Source of the DNA: an uncultured virus (IMG/VR IMGVR_UViG_3300012983_000043)
Taxonomy: Duplodnaviria; Heunggongvirae; Uroviricota; Caudoviricetes
Strand: one strand, 5' to 3'
Length of the DNA stretch: 20,000 nt
IMG/VR virus record: IMGVR_UViG_3300012983_000043
Below are positions 1 through 8,301 of the stretch, one piece after another. The translations under genes were made by a program, and so were the position numbers. The notes beneath the pieces were generated by a model. That model saw nothing but the letters and a program-made list of their open reading frames with translations, was not told where the DNA came from and did no database searches. Positions within the stretch are counted from its first letter, which is position 1. The number at the start of each line of letters is the position of its first letter.

Positions 1-17
1 GCTAAGGGACACCCGGT

Positions 18-281
18 TTAAATAAACATCATCTAGGGTATGACTTCAAGCACTTTCTTGATCTCATGAATGTAGACATGAGGAGTCATCGGAATCTTCT
101 TTGCAAGCTCAACTTGAGCATTTGGCAATGAATCAGCTGACACAAACACTTCATTCATCTCTGAAAGCTTGAATGCTGCAATTCCACCGCTAGTCAGATT
201 AGCACCAAGTATATATTGGCACCGGTAGATGTGCTTCTCTTCAACTGGCTTTGTGAACAACTTGAAAAACCATGTAAACAT
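18..281 (-). CDS. hypothetical protein (ends at 33 if TAG=stop, at 18 if TAG is read through)
   Basis: ORF starts 2 nt after the upstream gene's TAA; TAG at 33-35 is followed 5 codons later by TAA at 18-20. Confidence 0.7.
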
Positions 282-283
282 TT

Positions 284-424
284 TTACTTTCCTGTCTTGG
301 ATTCTTTTCTTATTTTGTCTTCAATCTTCATCTCATACATCAGCATAGCAACCATGCCGCATCCAAAGCCTGAGATAAAGCCAATCACAGTAAGCATAAC
401 CATCTGAAGTTCAACTGTAGACAT
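284..424 (-). CDS. small single-pass membrane protein (46 aa)
   Basis: Manual translation MSTVELQMVMLTVIGFISGFGCGMVAMLMYEMKIEDKIRKESKTGK; AAGGGA upstream; fills the gap between neighbouring genes. Confidence 0.75.
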   Translation of the reverse strand: MSTVELQMVMLTVIGFISGFGCGMVAMLMYEMKIEDKIRKESKTGK

Positions 425-439
425 AGTTCACATTCCCTT

Positions 440-649
440 CTACTTGAAATAAGATGAAATCACACAAAGAGCTTCATTCCATGTATACTTGCCATTTGCT
501 AGAACTCCTGGAATGTCTGGACAGCGTGGATTGACAGCATCTACAACTGATATACTGTCAAAATAATACCAATTGGAATTAAGTCCCTTCTTCTTAGCCC
601 ATTTCTTGAAGTCCAGCTGGTTTGCAAATGTGAGTTTAGTGTTTTCCAT
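440..649 (-). CDS. hypothetical protein (extends to 428 if TAG is read through)
   Basis: Directly downstream of the module at 680-713; AAAGAGA RBS. Confidence 0.8.
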   Translation of the reverse strand: MENTKLTFANQLDFKKWAKKKGLNSNWYYFDSISVVDAVNPRCPDIPGVLANGKYTWNEALCVISSYFK

Positions 650-701
650 CTGTTGTCTCTTTCTGTTGTTGACAATGAAATCATATCAAATAGATATGAT
701 G

Positions 702-965
702 TCATTCACTCAACCAGCTGACTTCTATCTCTTCAATGTTCCACTCACAGCCATCAACGTCATCGAGTGTTTTCCAATCGTACTTTGCGCTCATTTTGTC
801 AAAATCTACTACAATTGGCATTCCCGCGCGCTCATCAACCCAATGTTCAATGTCAGCCTTGACTGCAGCTTCAGCATCTTCCTTTGATTTGCAAACTTCA
901 AGTACACGAGCTTTGCCATCACATGTCTCACCATAGTCTACAAATGTAGCAATCCATAACTTCAT
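702..965 (-). CDS. hypothetical protein MKLWIATF...
   Basis: AAGGAGA RBS before the ATG at 965; module at 995-1028; last codons run through the next TTGAGTGAA box. Confidence 0.85.
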   Translation of the reverse strand: MKLWIATFVDYGETCDGKARVLEVCKSKEDAEAAVKADIEHWVDERAGMPIVVDFDKMSAKYDWKTLDDVDGCEWNIEEIEVSWLSE

Positions 966-1020
966 TGTTTGTCTCCTTTTGTTTTGACAAAGCAATTTTA
1001 TCAAATAAACATAGGATCAT

Positions 1021-1215
1021 TCACTCAATTGAATCATCCCATATCAATGTCACTTCAACTACTTTGAACTCAGCTTTCTCTTCTTCTGGCATGCTGATGA
1101 TGTTCTTCTTCAGCTCATCAAGAAGTTCAAGAGCCTCACTCTTGTATGAGCAAAGACTTCCAAATATCTCACTGCCAGTCTTGTGGACTGCATATTTTAT
1201 GCATGTCTTCTTCAT
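1021..1215 (-). CDS. hypothetical protein
   Basis: ORF track; last gene of a packed operon; stop TGA lies inside a TTGAGTGAA box. Confidence 0.75.
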   Translation of the reverse strand: MKKTCIKYAVHKTGSEIFGSLCSYKSEALELLDELKKNIISMPEEEKAEFKVVEVTLIWDDSIE

Positions 1216-1227
1216 ACTTTTGTCATG

Positions 1228-1458
1228 TCATGATCCAATGAACGCTATAGAGAAGTCAAGGCTGTCAGGGCACGCACCGCATTCATCTTGAAGATATGCC
1301 ATGAGGATGTCCTTCAGGTCATTGTATCCAAACAGCACTCCATCATTGTTCTTCAAGAACTCAGTTCTGATATGCTTGTCAAAAGTTGAAGGGTGGTCAA
1401 AATTGCTAGGCCACTTGACTTTAGTGAATTTGATGACTGCTTCTTCAGCCATGGACAT
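1228..1458 (-). CDS. hypothetical protein, distant paralogue of the C-terminal domain of 1657-2004
   Basis: GAAGGGA before the ATG; pattern VKW...YLQDECGACPDSLDF resembles IQW...WLSDNYGFCHKGF. Confidence 0.75.
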   Translation of the reverse strand: MSMAEEAVIKFTKVKWPSNFDHPSTFDKHIRTEFLKNNDGVLFGYNDLKDILMAYLQDECGACPDSLDFSIAFIGS

Positions 1459-1645
1459 ATCCCTTCTCAATCATAGCTTTCTCAATTCGAAGCTGAACAT
1501 AGTCTTCGAGAGCATGATCAAACAATTTAGCGTTGCTTGTTCTTTCTGACCATGTAAGGCAGTTTTCACGAACTAGAAAGACATGACGCATTGCAGTATG
1601 TGCTTTCATTGTCATGTCATTCACTTCTTCAAGCCGCGTCTTCAT
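1445..1645 (-). CDS. hypothetical protein MKTRLEE...
   Basis: AAAGGAGA RBS before the ATG at 1645. Confidence 0.8.
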   Translation of the reverse strand: MKTRLEEVNDMTMKAHTAMRHVFLVRENCLTWSERTSNAKLFDHALEDYVQLRIEKAMIEKGYVHG

Positions 1646-1656
1646 GATGTCTCCTT

Positions 1657-2004
1657 TCAAACTTCAATTTCCTGAAGGCCGAAGCCCTTATGGCAGAAGC
1701 CATAGTTGTCAGAGAGCCAGTCACTGACAGCATCTTCAACTTCATCCATAGAAGCATTCATGGAAAGTCCAAGGCCCATAGAAGTGAGCATGATATTGCA
1801 TGGAAGATGGTCTGCTTTGACTGGATAGCCATTGTCATCTGTCTTGTCCCACTGGATGTTGGTCACCTCGAAAGTTCGAGGGTAGAGCTCTTCATCAAGA
1901 AGAGCATATCCAATTGCCTGAAGCACAATCTTAGCTTCATCAGCTTCAACGCCGTTGTCAATGAGAATCTTCTCAGCAGCTTCAATCTTCTCTTTTGTGA
2001 TCAT
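1657..2004 (-). CDS. hypothetical two-domain protein
   Basis: AAAGGAGA RBS and a partial TGTCAAC leader without the promoter boxes. Confidence 0.85.
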   Translation of the reverse strand: MITKEKIEAAEKILIDNGVEADEAKIVLQAIGYALLDEELYPRTFEVTNIQWDKTDDNGYPVKADHLPCNIMLTSMGLGLSMNASMDEVEDAVSDWLSDNYGFCHKGFGLQEIEV

Positions 2005-2043
2005 TTGTTTTCTCCTTTGCTTGTTTGGTTGACAAAAGCTAAA

Positions 2044-2346
2044 TCACTTCTTGATTTTGCCGTCTCGAGTGAATTTGGTCTGGACAAGCTTGCCGTTGAC
2101 CATGCGCCAGAACGTTGCTTTGGGATCAACCATGCCGTCAAAGCTTGCAAGATTGACAGCTTCACGAGCTTCTTTCTTCGCCTTCTTCACTGTGTTGAAA
2201 GGCGTGCCACGGCAGTAGTCGCCATACGGGCCGTCACAGCACCAGAGCTCTTTGCCATCCATGAGATAGCATTCACGGTCATTGGCATTCCACCAAGCAA
2301 CAGAGCCATCATCTTCAGAGTGGACTCTCACGTAGATTTCCATCAT
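2044..2346 (-). CDS. hypothetical protein
   Basis: Full module at 2379-2412 with RBS. Confidence 0.85.
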   Translation of the reverse strand: MMEIYVRVHSEDDGSVAWWNANDRECYLMDGKELWCCDGPYGDYCRGTPFNTVKKAKKEAREAVNLASFDGMVDPKATFWRMVNGKLVQTKFTRDGKIKK

Positions 2347-2416
2347 TTTTGAATCTCCTTTTTGTTGTTGACAGTGAAATTATATCAAAATGAATTTGAC
2401 ATATTCACTCAACTGA

Positions 2417-2644
2417 TTAGATCTGGAAATACTGCCAGTAGCACTTGATGCCGTTCTTGAGCTCAACACAGTAGTAGTCAAGCGTCTTGGGCTTGATCCA
2501 TCCCAAGTCAATGCCATCATAGAGCTTGCACACATGCTGAGCATCCTGCTCAATATGCTTCTTAGCAGCATTGATAGTCCTGTACTTCTGCATGCACATA
2601 GAAGCAAGCTTGTCATTGTCTTTGCGAAACACAACTGTGACCAT
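2417..2644 (-). CDS. hypothetical protein
   Basis: Full module at 2674-2707 with AAGGAGG RBS. Confidence 0.85.
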   Translation of the reverse strand: MVTVVFRKDNDKLASMCMQKYRTINAAKKHIEQDAQHVCKLYDGIDLGWIKPKTLDYYCVELKNGIKCYWQYFQI

Positions 2645-2699
2645 TTGAACCTCCTTTTGCTGTTGACAGGGAAATCATATCAAAAAACATCTTAGACTT

Positions 2700-3161
2700 T
2701 CACTCAACCTTCATGTGAAAGAAGTCATATTCAATTGCAAGAGTCTCAATGGTCTCATCGGGCTTTATGAAAGGCGTGTCTCCCCAGCTCTCATACAGCT
2801 CTTTTCCAGTCGCTAGCGCAGCTTCAAGCCAGATTCGCTTGAAGTCATTTCTTGGAAGTGACTTGAACTGCCACATAGTCAATGTATTGTGCCGATAGCC
2901 CTTTGTGCTTTCAAAGTCTGATCGCGGCATCTTCTCTTCTACTATGCATTTTATGTCTCTTTGGTTGTGCATAGATAGAATGTCGTGCTGTTCTCTATAT
3001 ATTCCGAAATGCTTAAGATTATAGAGCTCTAAATACACAAGATCAATTGCAATGCTGTTGTCTGAGCAAAGTCTGAATATGAGCTTGGGTTGGTATTTGA
3101 AGCGCGCCATCACCATCTTCCATGCTGACTCAACAGCTTTGTCATCTTGCTTTTTTGTCAT
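2700..3161 (-). CDS. hypothetical protein with C-terminal F-I-x4-T-I-E-x3-I-x2-D motif
   Basis: 153-aa ORF; ATGA overlap with the upstream gene; stop lies in the GTTGAGTGA box. Confidence 0.85.
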   Translation of the reverse strand: MTKKQDDKAVESAWKMVMARFKYQPKLIFRLCSDNSIAIDLVYLELYNLKHFGIYREQHDILSMHNQRDIKCIVEEKMPRSDFESTKGYRHNTLTMWQFKSLPRNDFKRIWLEAALATGKELYESWGDTPFIKPDETIETLAIEYDFFHMKVE

Positions 3162-3307
3162 TGATTTGCTCCAGTTTCATTGGACATGCTGCTGAAGTCA
3201 ATGTTCTCTTTAGACATGCAATATAGTTCACCGAGTGTATATTCATATGCTAGAAGCTCACGCCATTCTTTGAGAGTCTTTCCCATGTAGACTACATTCT
3301 CATACAT
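3158..3307 (-). CDS. small hypothetical protein (49 aa)
   Basis: Manual translation MYENVVYMGKTLKEWRELLAYEYTLGELYCMSKENIDFSSMSNETGANQ; stop/start overlaps on both sides. Confidence 0.75.
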   Translation of the reverse strand: MYENVVYMGKTLKEWRELLAYEYTLGELYCMSKENIDFSSMSNETGANQ

Positions 3308-3468
3308 CACTCATCATCTCCTTCATCCACCGGCCAGTCACATGTCCTGCACATGTCTTCAATGTCATCTTCGGACATCTCAGCAATGCACTCTCGAGCA
3401 ATCTCTTCCCACGAAAGAATGCCGTTCTCAGCAAGTTCAATGACTTGGCTTGCGTATTTTGCTCCCAT
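3307..3468 (-). CDS. small acidic helical protein, paralogue of the repeats in 5407-5697
   Basis: Module at 3499-3532 with AAGGAGA RBS; VIELAE...WEEIARECIAEMSEDDIEDMCRTCDW. Confidence 0.85.
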   Translation of the reverse strand: MGAKYASQVIELAENGILSWEEIARECIAEMSEDDIEDMCRTCDWPVDEGDDE

Positions 3469-3498
3469 TTTCAATCTCCTTTTGTTGTTGACAGTCAA

Positions 3499-3569
3499 AT
3501 AATATCATAAGTCTATACGCATTTTCACTCAACAGATGAGTGAAACATAATATGTCAATTTGATATAAT
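3499..3569. promoter_or_regulatory. back-to-back divergent promoter pair
   Basis: TTCACTCA-acaga-TGAGTGAA palindrome at 3524-3544 with an extended -10 on each side. Confidence 0.85.
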
Positions 3570-3610
3570 TTAAGCTGTAAATTAAAAATTCTCAAAAAGG
3601 AGATCATATA

Positions 3611-3952
3611 ATGCATGTTCATGTTAAAGTGTCAAGATACATTGACTTGAAAGACATAAAGAACACTCAAAAGCGAGTGCTGCTTGCTCTTAAGTCATGC
3701 CGTTCAAACACTTGTTTGTTTGCAACTCCACACAATGACTTGCATGTTGCACTTGGAATCAAGTCATATGCACAATTGAAAAGCATTCTTGATAATTTGA
3801 AGAAAAAGGGATTAGTTGGCAATTCTGTTGATGACAATCATAAATGGCATCTCACAGAAGATGGACACAATAAAATAGAGTCATACATCAATTCTCTAGA
3901 TGAACACACAGCAAAATGCAAAGTTCCCAGCCAAACAGAATTTCTCATCTAA
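3611..3952 (+). CDS. putative winged helix-turn-helix DNA-binding protein
   Basis: TQKRVLLAL...DLHVALGIKSYAQLKSILDNLKKKGLV...WHLTEDG fits the MarR-like wHTH pattern; AAGGAG RBS. Confidence 0.7.
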   Translation: MHVHVKVSRYIDLKDIKNTQKRVLLALKSCRSNTCLFATPHNDLHVALGIKSYAQLKSILDNLKKKGLVGNSVDDNHKWHLTEDGHNKIESYINSLDEHTAKCKVPSQTEFLI

Positions 3953-4006
3953 ATAGATAACTTGAGGTCCACTTCCCTCATTCATGAAGTGGTGAGTCAT
4001 GTGCAC

Positions 4007-4044
4007 AAACCCTAAGGCGAATGAAATCTCGCTTTAGGGTTTTT
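4007..4044 (+). terminator. intrinsic terminator
   Basis: AAACCCTAAGGCGA-8nt-TCGCTTTAGGGTTT followed by T's. Confidence 0.7.
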
Positions 4045-4077
4045 GATTATGCAAAAATATGTATAATGAATAATGAC

Positions 4078-4446
4078 ATGCACAAAAAAGCAACATCATT
4101 TGAAGAGCTGAAGAAGACATGGAGAGACAAGAAAGCGCTTCTAAAATGCTATGCAGAATCTTGCAAAGGAGAAATCATTGAGACTCATGATGATTGGGAC
4201 ATAATAGTTCGGATTGCAAATCGTGTCTCTCCAGGCTATTCAATAAGAGGCATCATGTACACATCGGTTGGTTCAAACTTTCCTGAAGTGTATGATGAGC
4301 TGCTGTCAATGGTCATGTCTTCACATGGATGGAAGACAATTGAAGAGATGAAAGTGTGGATTGACTTGCATATTGTCAATAGCTCAAGTACTTGCCATTC
4401 AGAATGTTGTCTAAAAAGTACTGCTAGTCAATCCAGTGCAGTATAG
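4078..4446 (+). CDS. hypothetical protein (start and 3' end uncertain)
   Basis: ORF track; TATAAT at 4062-4067; contains KTIEEMKVWIDL; 3' end overlaps the convergent gene. Confidence 0.65.
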   Translation: MHKKATSFEELKKTWRDKKALLKCYAESCKGEIIETHDDWDIIVRIANRVSPGYSIRGIMYTSVGSNFPEVYDELLSMVMSSHGWKTIEEMKVWIDLHIVNSSSTCHSECCLKSTASQSSAV

Positions 4447-4975
4447 CGTCTAGCTTGACAACATCAATGTCAATCATCTCGCCATTTTCGATGTGCTCTT
4501 TGACAATCTGTTCATATGCTTTCTTAGCGTCAATGATTGTGTAGTATGCTTGCTTAGTGACTTTCTTGATTGTATCGCTCTTGAAGAAGTCAGCACGCTG
4601 CTCAACAGTCAATTCAGCTTTTGGTGAGTTCTCTATCTTGACATCCCACAAACCTCTGTTGTTGTCAAACCAGAGAAGATACTTCATGTCGTCATTGACA
4701 TTCTCTAGCTTGAATTGAGCTATCTTGTAGTAGCATGCTTCAACATTGTGCATGAGGTTGTCTTCAAGCTGTTTAATGTCAATGAGGCTCCATCCTTTGT
4801 CAATGGCAATCTATGCAAGATTAGTCCATGAGTCTGCCTTAGGGTAGCTGTAGCCGAAGCACAAAGCGCTTCTCAAGTCAAGACCGTCAAACTCATTGAT
4901 TGGCTCTTCATTTATGTCAGTCTCTTCATCTGCCTCTGCAAGAATGTCTCTGGGAAATCTGCTTTCATCTATCAT
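4376..4975 (-). CDS. 199-aa protein with two in-frame TAG codons (4811-4813 and 4424-4426); putative late gene
   Basis: Continuous protein-like reading MIDESRFPRD...WTNLA[TAG]IAIDKGW...LHWID[TAG]QYFLDNILNGKYLSY-TGA; GTAAATA 8 nt upstream of the ATG. Confidence 0.75.
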
Positions 4976-4983
4976 AGTGATTT

Positions 4984-4990
4984 TATTTAC
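4984..4990 (-). promoter_or_regulatory. putative T4-like late promoter (GTAAATA)
   Basis: TAAATA core just upstream of the ATG at 4975; the same motif occurs at 16907-16913. Confidence 0.5.
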
Positions 4991-5002
4991 TTACAAAATG
5001 AC

Positions 5003-5029
5003 AAAAGCCGGGCATTGTGCCCGGCTTTT
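5003..5029. terminator. bidirectional intrinsic terminator
   Basis: AAAAGCCGGGCA-TTG-TGCCCGGCTTTT. Confidence 0.85.
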
Positions 5030-5057
5030 GCGTTCATCATCTTGGCTGTGTTTTATC

Positions 5058-5261
5058 TTATCCAGCGAGCTCACCTTCTTCAGTGCACTCTTCATAAGTC
5101 TCACCAAAGTCATCAGTCAAGAACAGCTTCACTTCACGGTCATTGTAGTCAATTCCAAGGCATTCACAGGTTTTCTTGCATTCTTCAATGCATTCTTCAA
5201 TAGTGTCATAGCCAATGCTCAATGCGCCAGTGAAGATTTTGAAATGGTAAGTCTTGTTCAT
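5058..5261 (-). CDS. small acidic hypothetical protein
   Basis: Module at 5292-5325 with RBS; terminator downstream. Confidence 0.85.
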   Translation of the reverse strand: MNKTYHFKIFTGALSIGYDTIEECIEECKKTCECLGIDYNDREVKLFLTDDFGETYEECTEEGELAG

Positions 5262-5406
5262 TTGTTTTCTCCTTTTGTTGTTGACAGAAGAATCATATCA
5301 AAAACTGATTGAGTTGTTCACTCAACAGGCAAAGTCTCTTAATGCTTGTCATACTTGATTCTGAGATTGACATGCCATCAACATTCTGCATTTTTCGCAC
5401 GGTCAG

Positions 5407-5697
5407 TTACCAGCCGCGTTCTTCGGACAGGTATTCGACAAAGTAGGCCGGCATGTAGTCGACGAGCGTCCTGACGGCCTTCTCCCACATTTTCGGGTCC
5501 CGTTCGCATATTTCCAGGACGTGCGGCCTGATCAGGTCGCAGTTGTACAGGTACGACTCCAGGGGAAGTTCCCAGCCGTTGCGCCTGCAGGCATTCTCTA
5601 TGTCATCGAATGCCATGTCGTCGAGGCAGTCCCTCGCGACCGTTTCCCACTTCTTCGGGTTCTCCTCGCACAGTTCGTAGACTTCGATCTTGGTCAT
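5407..5697 (-). CDS. internally duplicated helical protein, GC-richer than neighbours
   Basis: Module at 5736-5769; repeats VYELCEENPKKWETVAR...RNGW and VLEICERDPKMWEKAVR...ERGW. Confidence 0.85.
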   Translation of the reverse strand: MTKIEVYELCEENPKKWETVARDCLDDMAFDDIENACRRNGWELPLESYLYNCDLIRPHVLEICERDPKMWEKAVRTLVDYMPAYFVEYLSEERGW

Positions 5698-5775
5698 ATT
5701 CAATTCTCTTTCTTGAGTGGTTAGTTGACAATGAAATTATATCAAATCTAAAAATAGAAGTTCACTCAACTGCTG

Positions 5776-5960
5776 TTCTGCTAGAGGCTGTCTGATGATT
5801 CATTTTTATGACAATATGATTTATAATCAATATATCCACAATCATTCTGAATGAACATGTGATGGAAACGTGAAGGGCCTGAAAAACCTTAGGCTGTCTA
5901 TGAAAACAAAAAAGGGAGCCGGCACCCACCGGCTCCCGCAACCATTAGGAGAAAAAATCT
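5776..5960. repeat. duplicated intergenic element, copy 1
   Basis: Blocks TTCTGCTAGAGGCTGT, ATTCTGAATGAAC, AGGCTGTC, the GGGAGCCGG hairpin and AACCATTAGGAGAAAAAATCT are shared with 8712-8895. Confidence 0.85.
5908..5937 (-). terminator. intrinsic terminator
   Basis: GGGAGCCGG/CCGGCTCCC stem followed by a U-run on the - strand. Confidence 0.85.
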
Positions 5961-6659
5961 TCACTTGAAGCACTCAGCCAAAAACTTCAGGCCGTAGTGC
6001 AAGCATGCGGCGCGTCGCCGCGCCCTCTTGTCTTCATCCGTGATGCTCTTGTTCATGCGCTCTGCAAGCTCTCGCATCTTGATGCCAGCATTTGAAGTGG
6101 TGCACATGCCGACACAATTAGACAAGCCCGCATTTGCTTTGTTGATGATGTCAACAATGCGTTTCTCATCTTTGTCACGAGGCTGTTCAAGCACCACATA
6201 AGACTCAAATGGAAATAGAGGATCAAGATCACCATGAAGAAGACGTCGAGCAAACTGCTTTTGAGCGTTCTCATTTGTAGCGCCGACTGCAATCAACATA
6301 GGTGAAAGCTTGATCTCTGTCAGCTTCGAGTCAAATGCTTGCTGTCGCCGCTCATTCTCTTCACGCTCCATCTTGACTTTCAGCTGCTCAGCTGGTGTGA
6401 TTGCAAGTGCAAAGCAGATGACAACGTACGGATTGTTCTTCTCACGACGTCCCTTCACAACTCGGATGTACTTGCCGCCAATTGACTTGATCTTGTCTAT
6501 ATAGCAGTCAACTTCATTGCGCGTGACGCCGTAAAGAGCATGCGTAGACACAGGGTCAAATGTTGTCTGAACATACTTGCCATACGCACTGCCGCCTTGG
6601 CCGGTGATGAGATAGCAGATTTCACTGCAGGACTTCGTTGTGGGAATGACTTTAGCCAT
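5961..6659 (-). CDS. hypothetical protein (232 aa)
   Basis: Long ORF; module at 6693-6726; terminator downstream. Confidence 0.9.
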   Translation of the reverse strand: MAKVIPTTKSCSEICYLITGQGGSAYGKYVQTTFDPVSTHALYGVTRNEVDCYIDKIKSIGGKYIRVVKGRREKNNPYVVICFALAITPAEQLKVKMEREENERRQQAFDSKLTEIKLSPMLIAVGATNENAQKQFARRLLHGDLDPLFPFESYVVLEQPRDKDEKRIVDIINKANAGLSNCVGMCTTSNAGIKMRELAERMNKSITDEDKRARRRAACLHYGLKFLAECFK

Positions 6660-6718
6660 TTGTTTTCTCTTTATTGGTTGGTTGACAGTGAAATAATATC
6701 AAAAAACTGAAAATACGT

Positions 6719-6946
6719 TCACTCAACTGATTGAGCGTCAATGATCTTGCAAATGACGTCATCAATGCTATCAACTTCATATTCAGCGCTAAGTGCTTGT
6801 CCAGCATAGTGCTTCTTCAATGCGGCTGAGCATTCAGCTCTAAGCGAGTCTATGTCAGGCTTTGTGAAAGCTGTGTCAATCGGCACAACTACAGACTCAT
6901 TGCCATTGTCCATGAAAGCTCTCTTCAACTTGACGCCGATCATCAT
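6719..6946 (-). CDS. hypothetical protein
   Basis: GAGGTG RBS; stop lies in the GTTGAGTGA box. Confidence 0.8.
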   Translation of the reverse strand: MMIGVKLKRAFMDNGNESVVVPIDTAFTKPDIDSLRAECSAALKKHYAGQALSAEYEVDSIDDVICKIIDAQSVE

Positions 6947-6949
6947 GCG

Positions 6950-7063
6950 TCACCTCTCTTTCTTGTCTAGCTTGCACTTCTCAAGTTTGCCCTTTTCAGC
7001 AAGCTTCTTGCACTTCTCATAGTGAGGGCACTCACCGCAGTACTCAATCTGGTCACTAGCCAT
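6950..7063 (-). CDS. 37-aa Cys/Lys-rich peptide, possible metal binder
   Basis: Manual translation MASDQIEYCGECPHYEKCKKLAEKGKLEKCKLDKKER; module at 7097-7130. Confidence 0.75.
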   Translation of the reverse strand: MASDQIEYCGECPHYEKCKKLAEKGKLEKCKLDKKER

Positions 7064-7140
7064 TTTTTTCATCTCCTTTTGGTTGTTGACAAGAAAATTA
7101 TATCAAGATTATTTGATTTTATTCACTCAACTGAAATGAC

Positions 7141-7171
7141 AAAAAGGCATGTCCGCAACTGCGGGCATGCC
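7141..7171 (-). terminator. intrinsic terminator
   Basis: GGCATGCCCGC-AGTT-GCGGACATGCC-TTTTT on the - strand. Confidence 0.8.
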
Positions 7172-7195
7172 CCATTGTTTCAACCAGGAGAAAAA

Positions 7196-7381
7196 TCACC
7201 AGGGAGCTTCCTCTTTGCCGATTGTGAGCTTCTCATTCTTGAACATTCCGTTCTTCTTCCAGAAGTCAAGATGAGCCTTTGCCTCAGCACGAGTTGCATA
7301 GCCTTCTCCAGCCCAAGCTGAGTTAGCGAACTCGCCACAGGGATTGTTTGTCTCAATTACGTACATGATGTTCTTAGCCAT
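7196..7381 (-). CDS. hypothetical protein MAKNIMY...
   Basis: Module at 7416-7449 with AAAGGAGA. Confidence 0.85.
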   Translation of the reverse strand: MAKNIMYVIETNNPCGEFANSAWAGEGYATRAEAKAHLDFWKKNGMFKNEKLTIGKEEAPW

Positions 7382-7441
7382 TTGGAATCTCCTTTGAGAT
7401 TTTATTGACAATTAAATCATATCAAAATCAATTTGGTTTAT

Positions 7442-7576
7442 TCACTCAACCATGAACATCCATCCATGAGCTTTAGCGACTTCAACTGCATGCTCTCGTC
7501 TAGTGAATGCACACCAGTCTTTTCCGTCTAGGGTGTAGCAATGCCATTTGCCGTTCACAAACGTGATTGTTGCCAT
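7442..7576 (-). CDS. 44-aa hypothetical protein
   Basis: MATITFVNGKWHCYTLDGKDWCAFTRREHAVEVAKAHGWMFMVE; AGGAG RBS; stop lies in the box. Confidence 0.75.
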   Translation of the reverse strand: MATITFVNGKWHCYTLDGKDWCAFTRREHAVEVAKAHGWMFMVE

Positions 7577-7598
7577 ATAAGCTCCTGTGTTTTCTCTT

Positions 7599-7776
7599 TT
7601 AGATTGCTTTGAAGTTCTTCATGACCTCAAGTCGAGCATTTATCACTTCAGATTCAACATGCTTGTCAATAAAGCTTCATTATCTTTTCTATAGTATATG
7701 CTTTTTCCGCAGTAAGTGTCATTGGAGCTAACTCAAGCAGCTTGTCAAATATCTCATTTTTAAGATTTCTGTTCAT
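7599..7776 (-). pseudogene. small gene with a +1 frameshift near 7671-7673
   Basis: GAGGAG RBS; MNRNLKNEIF...EKIMKL continues in another frame as IDKHVESEVINARLEVMKNFKAI-TAA. Confidence 0.55.
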
Positions 7777-7868
7777 TGTCTTTCTCCTCACTTATTGACT
7801 TCACAATAGTGTCATGGCAGCTCTTCAACGGCATTTGCTCTCTCTTTACTTGAGAATTTTTTTTTTGC

Positions 7869-8174
7869 TTAGTGATACAGCGCTAAGCCTTCGCTGAAGA
7901 CCTTCATCGGAATCGTGATCTTATGGCCGAACTCATCAGCACGGTTAGCATTGAGCCAGTCGGCCCAGTACTGAGCGACCTCTTTCTTGTGGGCGTTGTC
8001 GATGTACTTGTACTCCTTCTCGCAGCTGCCAAAGCGCTAACGACCGCCTGCAGTCTCGAAATTCTTCGCCCACTCACGGTCGTAAATAGCAAACACATAG
8101 CCAAGGTCACGGAGCCTCCATCCCTGACGGCTGTACGAATACTGCTTGACTTTGCGAAGGGTGAATCGTTTCAT
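7869..8174 (-). CDS. 101-aa protein with an in-frame TAG at 8037-8039
   Basis: Module at 8206-8239 with RBS; MKRFTLRK...ETAGGR[TAG]RFGSCEKEYKY...GLALYH-TAA. Confidence 0.75.
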
Positions 8175-8301
8175 TGTTTTCTCCTTATTGGTTGTTGACA
8201 GAATAATCATATCAAAAACTGAATGGTAAGTTCACTCAACTGTTAATTTCATTTGCATTGAATACGCAAAAAAGATGCTTAGTCTTTGATGAGCATAATC
8301 A

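Noticed and set aside
1690..2352. Long opposite-strand ORFs (1690-2352+, 8928-9671+, 11768-12172+, 12494-13006-, 17473-18216-)
   Set aside because: They are shadows of well-signalled genes on the other strand, lack an RBS and have atypical composition.
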